A DNA stretch of 60,639 bases, counting the filler, from Nemertoderma westbladi (lineage: Eukaryota > Animalia > Xenacoelomorpha), in NCBI GenBank assembly GCA_032718475.1. It is 3 parts of 3 records of this genome, joined end to end, with 100 filler letters (N's around TTAATTAATTAA, not from the genome) between each part and the next. Parts side by side here need not be neighbours in the genome. Positions count along the whole stretch, not along the records: positions 45,270 to 60,639 come from JAUCBJ010002758.1; 2 more parts are not named here. The stretch is one strand, 5' to 3'. The notes beneath the pieces were generated by a model. That model searched no databases and had not been told where the DNA came from. It saw only the letters and a list, made by a program, of their open reading frames with translations. How positions within the stretch are numbered: position 1 is the stretch's first letter; each line of letters starts with the position of its first letter. The position numbers were made by a program, and so were the translations under genes. Below, one piece after another: positions 48,981 through 60,639 of this stretch.

Positions 48981-51900
48981 GTACCTATCCGGAGGATCAA
49001 CTCTTTATTAATTTTATCGGGCTGGGCTGGCTTAACTACAGGGGCCCACCCGAATATTAAATTTTGATCTTAATTAGGGTAGTACTTAGGATGAACTGTT
49101 CTGTAGGTAGAAATGAACACTTTTTGAAAATTTACCTTTGAAAAAAGTTAGTTGGTGGCACCAAGTATGGCTTGTTTTCCATATTCCTCTTCGGTTCCCA
49201 TGCTACTAGGAACTTACTGGTCTCAACCGAGGTCGAGAGGTTGGTCTAAAACAGCCGGCACTGGAATATCTCCAAAGCTATTATCAACGGCAATTTTCAA
49301 AGATTATTAATGTAAGTTTTCCTTTTTGCTGTAAAATATTATAAAGTTGGGTAAGACTTATATACCCCCAGCATGTCTTCGGACGTGAGCCCTACTAACT
49401 ACCTCCCGGTGGAGGAATATAATCGGCCAAGGTTTGTCCACCAAGTTATACCAAGGCCCTGGTCCAGGCAGGCTATGTGCAGAGGATTAAATCCTGAGCA
49501 ACTCCCAACTTACCGACTTACAGGTCAGCCAAAAAAGGTTTGCTCAAAAAAAATTAGTGTTCAGTCCAAACGTTCTAGAACAGTGGGATGGGGCAGATAA
49601 TTTTTCTCTGAGCACCGCATGATAAATTACCGACACTCAAAGTGAAATTGCACCAAATATGCACACCACCCAACCCTAAATATCTGTGTCACGTGAAACT
49701 TAGCTTATTAGCAACAAAATAAGAGAACTTCATCGACTCCAAAAGGAGAGGTGTGAAAACACTTCATGAAGACACAAATATGTAAGTTTTCACGTCAACA
49801 CAGATTGTACTGTACTCCTGCTTGGGGGGAAAAAGAGAGACGCAATTATTAGTTGTGGTTATATAAAGTAGTCACTAGTTATTTTATTAGATAATGAAAT
49901 AATAAAAAAATTCTGATAAGAATAATTCCCAATGATTATCCAAAAAAAAATTATTTTATTTTTCTGTCTGATCATATGAAATGACACGTTCGGTGTGTGT
50001 GGTTTTTCACCACTTTAACAGGAACCTGTGCGTTTTCCAAACCACAGTTCCAAACCTAATAATAAGGGAAAGACAGCCACTTAAAACTGCCTAGGAATCG
50101 AGCAGCCCTATAAAGTAAGGTTTTTATTTTTTCGAGGATACGAAAGCTTGTCCTCTTAGTAAAAAAGAGGGTGGATTCGCCTGGAATCCCGACAACAGAG
50201 GCTTGCAGTATGAAAAAACGTCCCAAGTCTATGGCTGCAGTGCTTTCAACCAACAGCCCTTTATTGGTGTATATTGGTTTTGTTATCCCAGGAGAACGTT
50301 AATATTTAGTTTAGATACCGCAGCAGTTAAAATTCGAAAAAATTCGGTCTCCACCAAAAAAAATCAAAATAATACACCACTCCGGGTTGAAAATCTTTAA
50401 TATTTTAAATAATAAAAATTTTCCCAAATAACGGTGATTTGTTTGACTAGACACTGACCTGAATATTTGGTGGTTTAGAATTATTCCTAAACTAAATAGG
50501 ACAAACACTTTATTTCCACTTTATTTATAGTTCGCAATAAATGAATGGTACGTGTACAAGGAATACTTACTTGCTACACGCACTCATGATGGTGGAAGCA
50601 ACAAAAATTAATTCTCTAGAAAACAGTTTCACTGCAAACCATACGGGGGCCCACTTAAGGGGTTTGTTGGGTTTCTCACCCAATGTGGTTACAGTTTACG
50701 CTAAATCCCGAAAACTATCTTCTGAAGTGCTTACGTTACGTTAATACTCAACAGCCGTAACGCAAACATACATGAACAAACATGTGCAAGAGTCAGGACG
50801 TGAGGCACTTTAAGAACAGACCTTTTACACACCCATCGAAATGCAACCAAACGTTTGCACCCGTTTGGTCAGGGACAACACATGAACAATACACGGATGT
50901 ATAAGATTTGGGCTTGCGCTTTACGGGGCAGCGTCAAAACGCAACTTACTTACTTCATACGGCCACACAAAGGTAGAGGCAGAGGTCTATATAGCAACAC
51001 TAATAGTAAGTCCTGTTAACTATCATACCAATGGATCCACTTAAGACACTTTGCTCTTGGGAACGGTTACTCTAATAACTTACCAATCCACATATAGTTA
51101 GGTAAATGTATACTTTGCCCCAAGGGACGAGTTGCAAAGATTCACCCGCAAGTGAACCAGACTTACAAGCACACATATTTTACTCTCAAGTAACTGGTTC
51201 GTCTACAGAACAACACAATACAAATAACAAATAAAACAAACAATCATAAAGGGGCATACGTGGGATAGGGGTGGCAATACAGGGCTAGGTATTTATACCA
51301 GTATTATTATATCTGGGCCTAACGGGTACTGATTTTAGTCACCAAACCTTATCTTCGAATAGAGGTAGCGGACCTCGTGTGTGTGTGGTGCGAGCTGACT
51401 GTCCCCAGGGATCGCGACTTCCCCAAAGACTCTCTCCATTGGTAGATGTGTCAGTCTCTTTCTTCTAATACAGATTCGTAGTCAACTGTAATTTTTCTGC
51501 CTACGAAATTACACTCAGACTTAGTAACTGAGTATTTTGCATTTGATATTTAAATAACTTTTTCAGCAAGCGCTACCCATGACTGTGAGGGCTGCCACGA
51601 GTCTATTGTAGTTATTCAAATTTTGAAATTTTAATTTTGTACCGTACACCGGTACTGTAGGCCTCTCAGGGGGACCTACACTTGGGCCGAAAAAACCACA
51701 AAAAATAAAAGGAAATGTATAAGCACCCCTGGCGGGGAGTGCAAACAAGTTTATTACTGTAATGGATTTCTCGTACTCCTTGGCACAGAAAGCTCATAAA
51801 ACGGCGATGAATTTCAAAAAAGGTTCCAGGGAGTGCTTTACTTCGTTTAGTGTTTTGGTTTTCTGGCTAACATAAAATATTTCTACTATATTTCCTTCAA

Positions 51901-52424
51901 TGACTTGTTATTTACGGACATCCACAACCTTTTTGTATAGTACAAAAACACAGCGATTTTCTGTTCTTCACAAATAGTACTGTATATTGCTTCCTTCTGA
52001 TATATAAAAATAGTGTACTGTAACACCATAGAAAAACCTCTGGGATGAGGAAAAAGTAGAAACCGGGTGAGGGGTGCTTTGGGTCCGTTAGGATCCAAAG
52101 TACAGCCTCAGAAATAATCCAAAATACAGTATTTTTTAGCCGTTTTGTTTTGCTAAAAATACACCGGAAAAATATACAATCAAAGGGCAAAGAAAATCTA
52201 TAGAGCGTCTAATAAATCATGGAAAATCTATGAATAATCTTAATTGTGAAAAACGTTGTAATTAACTTGGTGCAGCTTCACGCTATTGGAACTTGGCGAT
52301 AGTGCAGAACACCAGGGTACCGTCTGAGTCCAAACAGGGGTGGGACTGATTGGACGCAAATGGTTAGCTGCAATTTGCTCTCAAACTATACAGTCGATCC
52401 TGGCGAGCCTGGGATAAACCATAT

Positions 52425-55400
52425 TGGTCTGTATAGAAAGCTGATATATAGTGCAGTCAATACAGCAATAAGTATAATAATAGAGATAACCTGCTGTACA
52501 ACAATAAATCTTACACCGACACCATAATAGTAAGTAAAGGGGCGAGCCATATATTACAATAGTACCATCCTACATGGATACACCATCCCCTTTTCCCTCC
52601 GCGATCGAAACTAGTTCAGTTTGTTTTGATCGGTTATGACTGTGGGGTGAAGGTTCGAGTTTCGGTTTCGCAGAAACGGACGGTTTGTTTGCAGTTGCGT
52701 GTACTTCGTCGTGGTCCTGCTACCGGCATTGTTTCTGAGTTAATTCCAGTTTCAGTCCGTGATGACGGTGGTTGGTGGTAGGGGCGTAAGAATCACCTGT
52801 TTCGCCACCAAATGCGTCCAGATGGGAGTTTAACATGGTAATCCCTCCGTTTCCCAACTTCAACGACCTGACCAATATGGGTCCATTTCTTGGAGGTATG
52901 GTCCTGTATCCGGACCTGATCGCCAACAGCAAGTGGTTTCAGATCTCTCGCAGATCGGTTGTATCGTTCCGCATGTAGTCCGTGCAGATCCGCGGCTTTT
53001 TGATCCGTGCGCTTAACATCTTCCTGCCACAATTGTTTAAAATTAGAGTGGTGGCAAGGTAGTCTGGTTCTTAGTCGTCGGCCATATACGATCTCGTTCG
53101 GGGAGCGCCCATTGGACCGTGGAGTATTCCAGTACTCCAGAAGTCCCTCTTGGAACTTTTCGGAATGAATACTCGGGTTCTGGAGTTTTCGTAGTAGCAT
53201 TTTTATCTGCTTTACGCTTGACTCCGCATGTCCGTTACTACTGGGAAAGTGCGGGGTGCTTGGTTGCCATCTAACTCCCCAATGCTTGAGGAACGTTTTA
53301 AATGTTTCTGCGGCAAACTGTGGGCCGCCGTCTGTGTGCAGAATATTTGGCACGCCTGTGTCGGTGAACCATTTCCTTATTACATTAACACACTGCTGGC
53401 TAGATGGATCGGCGTTCCACTCCGCCACTATAGGGAAGCCGGAGTAACGATCTGTATATACCAGGAAGTGTTTTCCACCAAGTTCGAATAAATCAGAGGA
53501 AGCGGATTGGAATGCGCGGTTGGGTACAGGGTCTGTCTGTAATGTCTCCTTGGGGAGGCTGGGTAGTACTCCCTGACAGGTGTCACATTGGCCAACCATG
53601 CGTTCAATATCGGCATTGATGCCGGGCCAATAGACGCTACTTCGCGCGCGCTGTTTCGTCCTAGTGACTCCGAGGTGAGGGGTGTGTAGTTGTTTAAGAA
53701 CTTCGCTCCTCTGTGACCTCGGTATTACCAGGCGGTCCCCAAACAATACCAGGTCATTGTTGTATAATGACAAATTGTCGCTGATCGACCGGTAGTATTC
53801 TTGTACCGAAGGTGGTGCAGTGTGGACTTTGCGGAAGTCGTCCCGAATATTTTCAATGAGTTGTTGGAATTCTGGATCGATGCGTGCTGCAGCTCGTAGT
53901 CCTTCGATCAATTCATCTCCACTGTCGGAGTCTGATCCATGAAGGTGCTGGTTGATTGCGTTAATCACTAATGGTGTAACGTCATTTGTGTCATCTGGTG
54001 CTGGGTCCACCAGGAAGCGACTAAGTGCATCTGCGATGCGATGTTGTTTTCCCTTTTGCCATATTAATTCAAATTGGTATCTTGATTGTAAATCTGCCTT
54101 GATCTTTTGTATCTTGCGATTTTCAATCTGATCGAGGTTGTATGAATTGAAAATTGCCAACAGAGGACGGTGATTGGTGACAACGGTGAATTTCGGTAAG
54201 CCAGCAAGATATAGTCGGCACTTCGAGATGGGATAATGAATTGCGATACTCTCCAACTCTATTACCGCATACCGTGTTTCAGGGTCTGTAAGGAATCGGC
54301 TCCCACATGCGACTATTTTCCAGTCGTTATCATGTAATTGTAGGAGGTCGAATCCAAAGCCATATAGCCTGCTGGCATCTGTTTCAAGGCGGGTTTCTCG
54401 GGTTATGTCGAAGGGCGCTAGTACGGGGGGGCTAATCAGCGCTTTTTTAACTTTGGTAAATGCAGCATCGTGATTGGCTGTCCATACGAACGCGTTTCGT
54501 GCGCGTAATAATTCACGTAGAGGGGGGTAGCAGTCGTTGAAATATCGCTGCTATAATGACCCAGTTGATTGACCAGCCCCATGAAGCTCCGCAAGTCCGT
54601 GATATTCTGAGGAGTTGGATATTCGCTAATCACACTGAGTTTACCAGGATCAGCGGCAATCCCATCCTTGGATAGTATATATCCCGCAAATTTCACTTGT
54701 GGTTGAGAAAACTGGAATTTGTCTTTGTTCATAGTGATTCCATTCTCCCTGCAACGTTGTAGGACTTCTCGTACCCGCTTATGATGTTCAGTGACATTTG
54801 TGACCTCAATAAGGATGTCATCAACGATTTTGTTGACTTGTGAGAGGCCATCCATCCATATCTCCGCGAAAATTATAGCTATCGCCCGAACTGATGAATC
54901 CCATGGGTGCTCTACAATAGCGGAATCGCCCCCATGGCGTAATGAATGTTGTCAGGTCGCGTGATTCTTCGGCTAATTCAACCTGCCAGTACCCAGACTT
55001 CGCATCAAGGACACTGAACACGCATGCTCCTGGTGTTCTATGTGAGATAATGTTGTGTGGAGATCGCGCTGTGTGTACTGTCCGCTTAACCTGACAATTC
55101 AATTTGGTCAGGTCAACTATCATTCGGATTTCGCCCGGTCTGTTTGGCTTGTTGGTTATAACTAAGGGGTGGCTCCATTCTACGGGTCGGTCGCCAATGC
55201 GTTCGATGACGCCCTTTGCCAGCATCCCATCTATCTCTTTTTTTGCTTTGTCCCGATATGGGATAGGTATCTGCCTGGGTGCATTTAAACAGTATGGTTT
55301 CGCCCCGTCTATGAGTTGGATGTTCATCGGTTGCCCCACCATAGTTGGGAGTTCTCCAGGTTGATCAAACATGTCCATAAACTCCTGTAGGAGCTTCTCC

Positions 55401-57620
55401 TTCTCCTCCGATGTCTGATTGGAGGCTTTATCCGCTATCTGTTCCATGGGTGCGATGTTAAGTGGTGTTGGAAAACTCTCGTGTACAATTCCTAGTCCAA
55501 TGCATGCAGTGAGTGATAGATATGCTGTGTTTTTCTGTAGCTGTGAACACAAGTATACTGTTTCTGCATGTGTTCTTCCACCGGTAGTTAGTAATAGGTC
55601 AACGCAGCGGTCACATTCCACTGTGAGTTTATTTGCCCCAATCAGTGGGTAATCCGGGTGGCGCCATTTTGTATATTGTGGAAAGTCCCAATCGTTTATA
55701 CATGATGTGCTGATGAGTGTTACCTGTGCGCCGGTATCAGCGATACTCATGCAGTTTGCTAAATATTCGCTGCATGCCACACCGTCGCCGGCAGGTATAT
55801 GGAAATCAACGGCAATATATGGACGACGTCGAACCTCTGTATAACGCGTTATATCGGAGATTGCGAAATAAATTTCTCCGCTGATCTGTGCCGGTTTTCC
55901 TACTACTCCAGCGATACAGAATTTCTGGTAGTGACCCCTCCGACCACATATGTTGCATGTTGTATTTTCCGCTTTGCAGTGCCCGCTGTGTGGTACAGGG
56001 TCGCCGCATTTCATGCACTTTCCAGTCTCCACCTGTTGCTGTCTCGCATTCTGGTAGGCGTCTCTGGATATAGCCTGTCGCCGTGGGCTGTTCTCCCCAA
56101 GTTTGTCGCGTTGGTAACGGCTTTTAAATCGAGTTTGTGTGCGTTTGGTTTACCACATCCACACGGCGTTGTAGACGTTGTGTTTCTCTGCTGGCGACCT
56201 CCTGAGTGCGGCAGAACTCGATCGTCTCAGCGTAGTTCAATTGTGGATGTTTTCCGAAAATTTCCTCCCGAGTTTTATCGTCGTTAATCCCGCAAACAAC
56301 TATAGTTTGACGCCAGTCATCCATGTTCATTTGTGCGACTTCAGCATCGTCAAATGCTTCACTAAGGCGTGCAAGGTATTCGTCGAATGTCTGTCCTTCT
56401 GATTGTCTCATTTTTATAAGCTGGTATCGGTCCACCATTATGTTATGTTGCGCCCGAATATAGACATGTATGCGATCTAAAATATTGTCAACGGATAGTC
56501 CGGTGTCTGGGTCCACATCCATTAGATGTCGTAAATCAATTAACATTTCGTTACTGCAGTATGTATAAAAGGTGGCGACTTGTTCCTCACGGGGCTTATC
56601 CTGGAGATGTGTAACTGTGCTGTAATTTCTCCAAGCAGTACGCCACTGTTGGAAGGTAGAATATTTGGTTCCCCTTTCCAGTTTATCTGGCATCCGCACC
56701 TGAAGTCGGACTGTAGGACTCTCGGAGGCGCGTCTGTCAGCTTCTCCCACTGTGTGGGGACCGTGTTCGCGAATTAGGAGTAGTAGTTCTTCACGCTCAG
56801 CGAGGCGGCGGAGTTCGTCCGCTTCGCGGTCAGCCTGCCGACAGAGTTCATCCGCCTCCCGTGCGAGGTGTAATTCCTCGCATTCGGCTTGATGTTGCAT
56901 CTCCATATGTTGGAGTAATTGTACGAGATCCGAGTTTGGGTTGGGTTTAACCTCGTCCGTTGCGCTGTTGTCGTCACCTTCTTTCAGGTAACGGTGTAGT
57001 AAACCTCGAAGACGCAGGGATGAGTCTTTTGCCGAGGTTCGTATTCCTGCATTTGCACAGTGCTGAAAGAGGGTCGCTCTGTCCATGTTCTCGATATCCT
57101 CCACATCTAGTGTATCGTCTAGGTTCGCCATTGCCGGATCGACCAGAGACGGGATTATACCGTCAACTTTTAGGGCAGCTAAGCCGTAGTGCTTGTCTCC
57201 CCCTTAAGGTGGCGGGTTTGACTCGGCGTCGCCGTAGAGAGGGAGGCACGAGGTGATATTCTCGCCCTTCGTTAAGGGTAGAACGCCAGGCTGTTCCTCC
57301 GGAATTTGGAAGGCTAGGACCTGCCCCCCTACACTGGGAATGATGCCCGTATGGCGTATCTACCGGGGTCCTTAACTTGCATTCTCATCTATAATAATGC
57401 TGAATTCAAATAGGCCTATAGGGTAGGTAAGTCCGGATTACTGCGCCATGGTCTGTATAGAAAGCTGATATATAGTGCAGTCAATACAGCAATAAGAATA
57501 ATAATAGAGATAACCACGGTACTGCTGTACAACAATAAATCTTACACCGACACCATAATATATAGTAAGTAAAGGGGCGAGCCATATATTACAATAGTAC
57601 CATCCTACATGGATACACCA
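52425..57620 (-). mobile_element. Ty3/Gypsy (Mag-like) LTR retrotransposon with two LTRs and frameshifted ORFs
   Basis: LTRs 52425-52585 (161 bp) and 57449-57620 (172 bp); 5-bp TSD CATAT; PBS TGGCGCAGT (57440-57448, tRNA-Ser-type); PPT GGAGGGAAAAGGGGA (52586-52600). Confidence 0.96.
52720..57131 (-). pseudogene. Gypsy gag-pol with about four frameshifts
   Basis: Gag, two knuckles (CMKC..H..C, CNIC..H..C), PR IADTGA, RT LDAKSGYWQ and IVDD, RH ETDAS, IN HLGV..CDTC, TDGGPQF, SNGHAE. Confidence 0.93.
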
Positions 57621-58699
57621 CATATAGCCTGCGGACAGTGCACCAGCACTATCGTGAGTGACAGAGCCGGCCAGTGGAGACGCTGCTACTTTTTGCCTTT
57701 AGAACTAAATAGTCAGTCCCTCCCGACGTAAGTAGCCAGCGGGGAAAGTGGGCACACAAGCGCTCCGGGCTAATTTAGCCAGTGAAACTCAAACCAAGGC
57801 GGAATCGTCTTACCCTCCTGGCGACCGCAAAGCTTTTTTAGGCGGTAAAGACAAGGACGGAAGCAAAGAACCAGCAACAAAGACGCCCAACTTTGGAGCA
57901 GAGCTCCCTTAAGGCAGATGGGGTTGAAGACTCATATTCTCTACCCAAATGCGGCCCTTTTAAACCCGGTGGGAGGTCGATATGGAGTTGACCCCTACTG
58001 TAAGTATCACCTACGCACAGTCTGTCTTTCTTGTGCAGAGATTTTACGTTCAAACCATGTAAAAATATGATTAACACATTATATGATTGACTGACCAATA
58101 ACTGATTATGAATACACGACAATAGAGTCTTGAAGGTGACTAGTCAATTATTCCCTACTGCTATTGGGTGAGGGCAGTAGGCGGTATACTGGGGGCCAGT
58201 GAAAGGGAAGGAATGTATTGGATTGGATGTAAGTAATGTTAATAGTAATGTTGTAATAACCCCTATCGTAGGGGGAGTAGCTGGTAAGACCGAGTTGGGG
58301 GGATAAGGCCGGCTAAGGATATCTGGGATGGGATTATGAGTCATGGAATTGGGATATTGGATATAATATTCTGAGATGAATATTACGGTGGGATAGGGAA
58401 GAAAGGGAATAATCGGTGGTGATTATTTCGTTTATAAAATCAGAATCCCAAAGGAGTGTATTTTTGTATGTTTGCCTATGGAGGCGCGAAAGACCGATTA
58501 CACTATTGCTTCGCTGTACAGTAGTAGCGCACTCTGCTACCGTTATTAAATATAATTGTATTAAATAGGAAAAAATAAAATTATATAGTGCAATTTGAGG
58601 TGCCAGGAGAACGAAATAAATAAATAAATAAATAAAATAAATAAATAGTATGAGAAGGACAATTCAACCACAATGAGGTGTTCCTATTGTTCTAAAAGA

Positions 58700-59737
58700 A
58701 AAGGAAATGAAACCCATCTCGTGTGCCTTTGTTCAAAAGGATAAGGAAGGTTCTTATAATTAAAAAAAAAACGTAATGTGCATTTCATTTCGACCATAGA
58801 TAGTCCCACTCTCATCGAGAAGATCCGTCATTTACCGAAAGAAACCATCTCATACAATAAACCCTATCCGATTGATTAGTATAACAACTGTATGGGAGAT
58901 GTTGACATAACGGATCAACTTATTTCATCTGCCGATTGCTCTCGAAAATCGTATACCTGGTTCAAAAAGGTAGGTATTCATTATCTGCAAAGGCTAATGT
59001 TGAGTGAACTCTTACATACGTTATAAAGCACACAAAAAGTCAGACAAAAAGATATATGGATTTATGGGTTATAATATGATGCTATTGAGTATCTCACAAA
59101 AGTTCCCTCAACATACATGCAACCATCCAGAAAACGTAAAAGTACGACTACTGCTGCAGGAGTGACTTGACAGCAGTGCTGCTAATGAGCATGGTAAAGA
59201 AAAGAGACATTTGATAACCAAAATTCCACCAAATGATAAGTTGCCATTTCCTCAAAGATGGTGCAGGGTGTGTTGGAGGGAGAAGAGACGAAAGAATTCA
59301 CGTTACTGTTGTTCTACCTGTCTGGATAATCCCAGATTATTTGTTGGAAAGTGTTTCCAAATATACCACAGCAATATAATCTAATCACAGTGAATGAATT
59401 GTAAGGAAGAAGGAGGGGAATATATAGTTATAATAATATATTATAATAATTATATTGTTACCTTATAATATATTGTATACATATTTTATATATTACATAA
59501 TAATGTGATATGAACTATCAGTATAATATTTTTAGTTATTGTTACTAATAATTATATATGATGACCTATGTGGCATGGGATGATGACCTAGGTGTCATGT
59601 GCTGATGATGTAACATGACCTACATATCATGGGCTGATGACCTAACATGACCTATGCGGCATGTACTGATGACCTGATATGACCTACTTTTGATTCAGTC
59701 CAGGTGAAGAAGAACTTAGGTCATAGACAGGAGAGGG
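58700..59737 (+). mobile_element. piggyBac remnant: transposase C-terminus, subterminal repeats and right end
   Basis: KP.PI..YN..MGDVD..DQL....RKS..WFKK and Cys-rich CRVC..CSTC..CFQIYH; ATGACCTA repeats at ~59560-59690; ends GGG|TTAA (TTAA at 59738-59741). Confidence 0.85.
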
Positions 59738-60584
59738 TTAAACTATGCATATATATAGAATAGTACTGCCTAAAAGCTAAATGCAATAAAGCCAAGAAGC
59801 TGTGATTGCCCTGATTAATCATCAGACCTGTAGCACTATATGTATTTTATGGGTTATCTGATCTTCATTGTTATATTCTGTGTTTAGGTTTGTTTGCATA
59901 GGATGGTTGGCACTTCTGTTGTCTAGGGTGTAAAGTTTTGTGGATTTAACTATTAGATTTTTATTATAAAACATACCTTGTGGTACAACAAGCTGATTTT
60001 AATTACTTTACACTTTTTAGTATTTTAATAAAAATCATACGTTGTGGTCTGACACAGTGTGTCATTTCTATTGGTGTGCATCTCCTGGCATCTGTTACAT
60101 TGGCTCCAAATATTGACCCAGTGCAGTTGCATCTCTCAATAATAAATTTTGCATTGCATTCGATCAAACATGCTGACAATGAATAGTTAGCATAATACTT
60201 CAGGTTGTTTTCCTTTATACACGGATCCTGTTTTGTATCAAGGCGTTGAAACTGTGAAAGTGAAAAAAATGAAGTTATTATTGAAAGATATTAAATATTA
60301 TTATGTTAGGGAACATTCGGGTTATTAAAAAAACAATTTCTAATAAAATTATTTTTTTTACTGTAAAAATTATTAATATTAAATTTTTTTTTAAATAAAA
60401 AAATAATCCATAATATCTATGATAGTAAATAATAATACTATAGACATTACATGACATTGTGAATATCAAATTAATCAAACGTATAAGGGCAGGGTTGAAA
60501 ACGTGTCAACCATAGGGTACAAAATTACCCTACATATGTACAACTTTGGGGAGAGGGATTCTGGAGTTGGAGTCTACTGTGGCC

Positions 60585-60639
60585 ATCTAGTTGTGATTAC
60601 TGTAAGTCATAACTCTGTTTTTATACTTAAAGCGCCACG
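60585..60639 (+). repeat. Fragment related to the BEL LTR family, running off the window
   Basis: AAGTCATAACTCTGTTT..T.TT.A.AGCGCCACG matches the LTR segment at ~8947-8982. Confidence 0.65.

Noticed and set aside
59560-59690. Hammerhead cores at the repeated CTGATGA
   Set aside because: No stem II or GAAA follows; these are piggyBac subterminal repeats.
47432-59741. One 12-kb piggyBac from TTAA-CCCT (47436) to AGGG-TTAA (59737)
   Set aside because: The ends share only CCCT, and the sequence after 59741 does not resume the empty-site flank TCAGAAATAG.

Overview
Repeat-dense eukaryotic DNA, most likely from an invertebrate animal (spliceosomal introns, a Cys-loop-family channel, EcKinase-like genes). 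It consists of three contigs joined by artificial 100-nt N/TTAATTAATTAA linkers (15499-15598, 45170-45269). Most of the window is transposable elements: a decayed Ty3/Gypsy element (~267-6848) split by a 1.35-kb hAT-type MITE with an 8-bp TSD; two copies of one BEL/Pao family with ~1.15-kb LTRs (truncated 8105-14476; two-LTR copy 19161-32365 with AAACC TSD); a CRE-clade RLE LINE; L2, RTE and CR1 fragments; tRNA-derived SINE heads; a 942-bp foldback with an 8-bp TSD; a third BEL fragment; a two-LTR Mag-like Gypsy (52425-57620, CATAT TSD); and a piggyBac remnant. Host genes are two partial EcKinase-like kinase genes, a nAChR-like channel subunit and degenerate kringle-like exons. Top lead: the BEL/Pao family has no tRNA primer-binding site. 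The 11 nt directly after its 5' LTR are instead perfectly complementary to an 11-mer inside the LTR, with a compensatory change between the two copies, which suggests Tf1-style self-primed reverse transcription in a BEL/Pao element. Other leads are a nAChR-like subunit lacking both Cys-loop cysteines, LTR divergence confined to U3, an unknown accessory ORF in the BEL element, and a hammerhead-core/tRNA-like hybrid. All calls are by eye; no searches were run.
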